From Catajapyx aquilonaris (lineage: Eukaryota): DNA of 20,000 nucleotides. Positions 19,875 to 20,000 of the stretch are shown in pieces (within the stretch, counting starts at the first letter, position 1; each line of letters starts with the position of its first letter). Made by a program: the position numbers and the translations under genes. A model generated the notes under the pieces. The model did not search any database, was not told the DNA's origin, and worked only from the letters and a program-made list of their open reading frames with translations. The stretch lies in NCBI GenBank assembly GCA_000934665.2, contig JYFJ02001435.1, positions 60,352 to 80,351 of the forward strand, read 5' to 3'.

Positions 19875-20000
19875 TTCGAAATACCTTGTAACCTTCTTCA
19901 CCCTGTTCTTTCACTTTCATGAGACGAATAGCAATATCCCTAGGTACACACTGTTTTGTGATAAAATTATGAAACTGCGTATGGCTGGACATTTCATATA
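19875..20000 (-). repeat. Inverted duplicate of 18451-18576
   Basis: The reverse complement matches 18451-18576 with 4 substitutions in 126 nt and runs off the window edge. Confidence 0.96.

Larger units (their letters stand above)
17556..20000 (+). mobile_element. Academ-like (AcademX) DNA transposon, internally deleted and rearranged, in Fmr1 intron 1; extends past the window edge
   Basis: Putative left terminus TAGTCCTGTCC at 17556, subterminal gccattttccaagatggccgcc, and a transposase-like remnant with XPG/PIN nuclease motifs. The family call is from my recall of Academ architecture, not from a search. Confidence 0.75.

Overview
Eukaryotic (insect-like) genomic DNA with two convergent spliced genes. 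On the minus strand is an Fmr1/FXR (fragile X protein) orthologue. Eleven coding exons from 16888 down to 3786 join through GT-AG introns with consistent phases. They encode the Agenet/Tudor pair, KH0, KH1, KH2, an RGG box and an FXR-like C-terminal tail; coding exon 1 lies beyond the right edge. The RGG exon has an internal 5' splice site. Reading through it gives a short isoform with a second RGG/Gly-rich tail (stop at 9870); using it gives a long isoform (stop at 3786). On the plus strand (1-1141) are the last three exons of a type I membrane protein with a ZP/cuticlin-like C-terminus (furin site, hydrophobic patch, TM helix). The Fmr1 introns carry several palindromic MITEs, a full-length tRNA-type SINE with a target-site duplication, and a decayed Academ-like (XPG/PIN nuclease) DNA transposon that folds back on itself at 19875. 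I see no clearly novel biological system. The best leads are Fmr1 isoform switching and dsRNA-forming inserts in the Fmr1 pre-mRNA.
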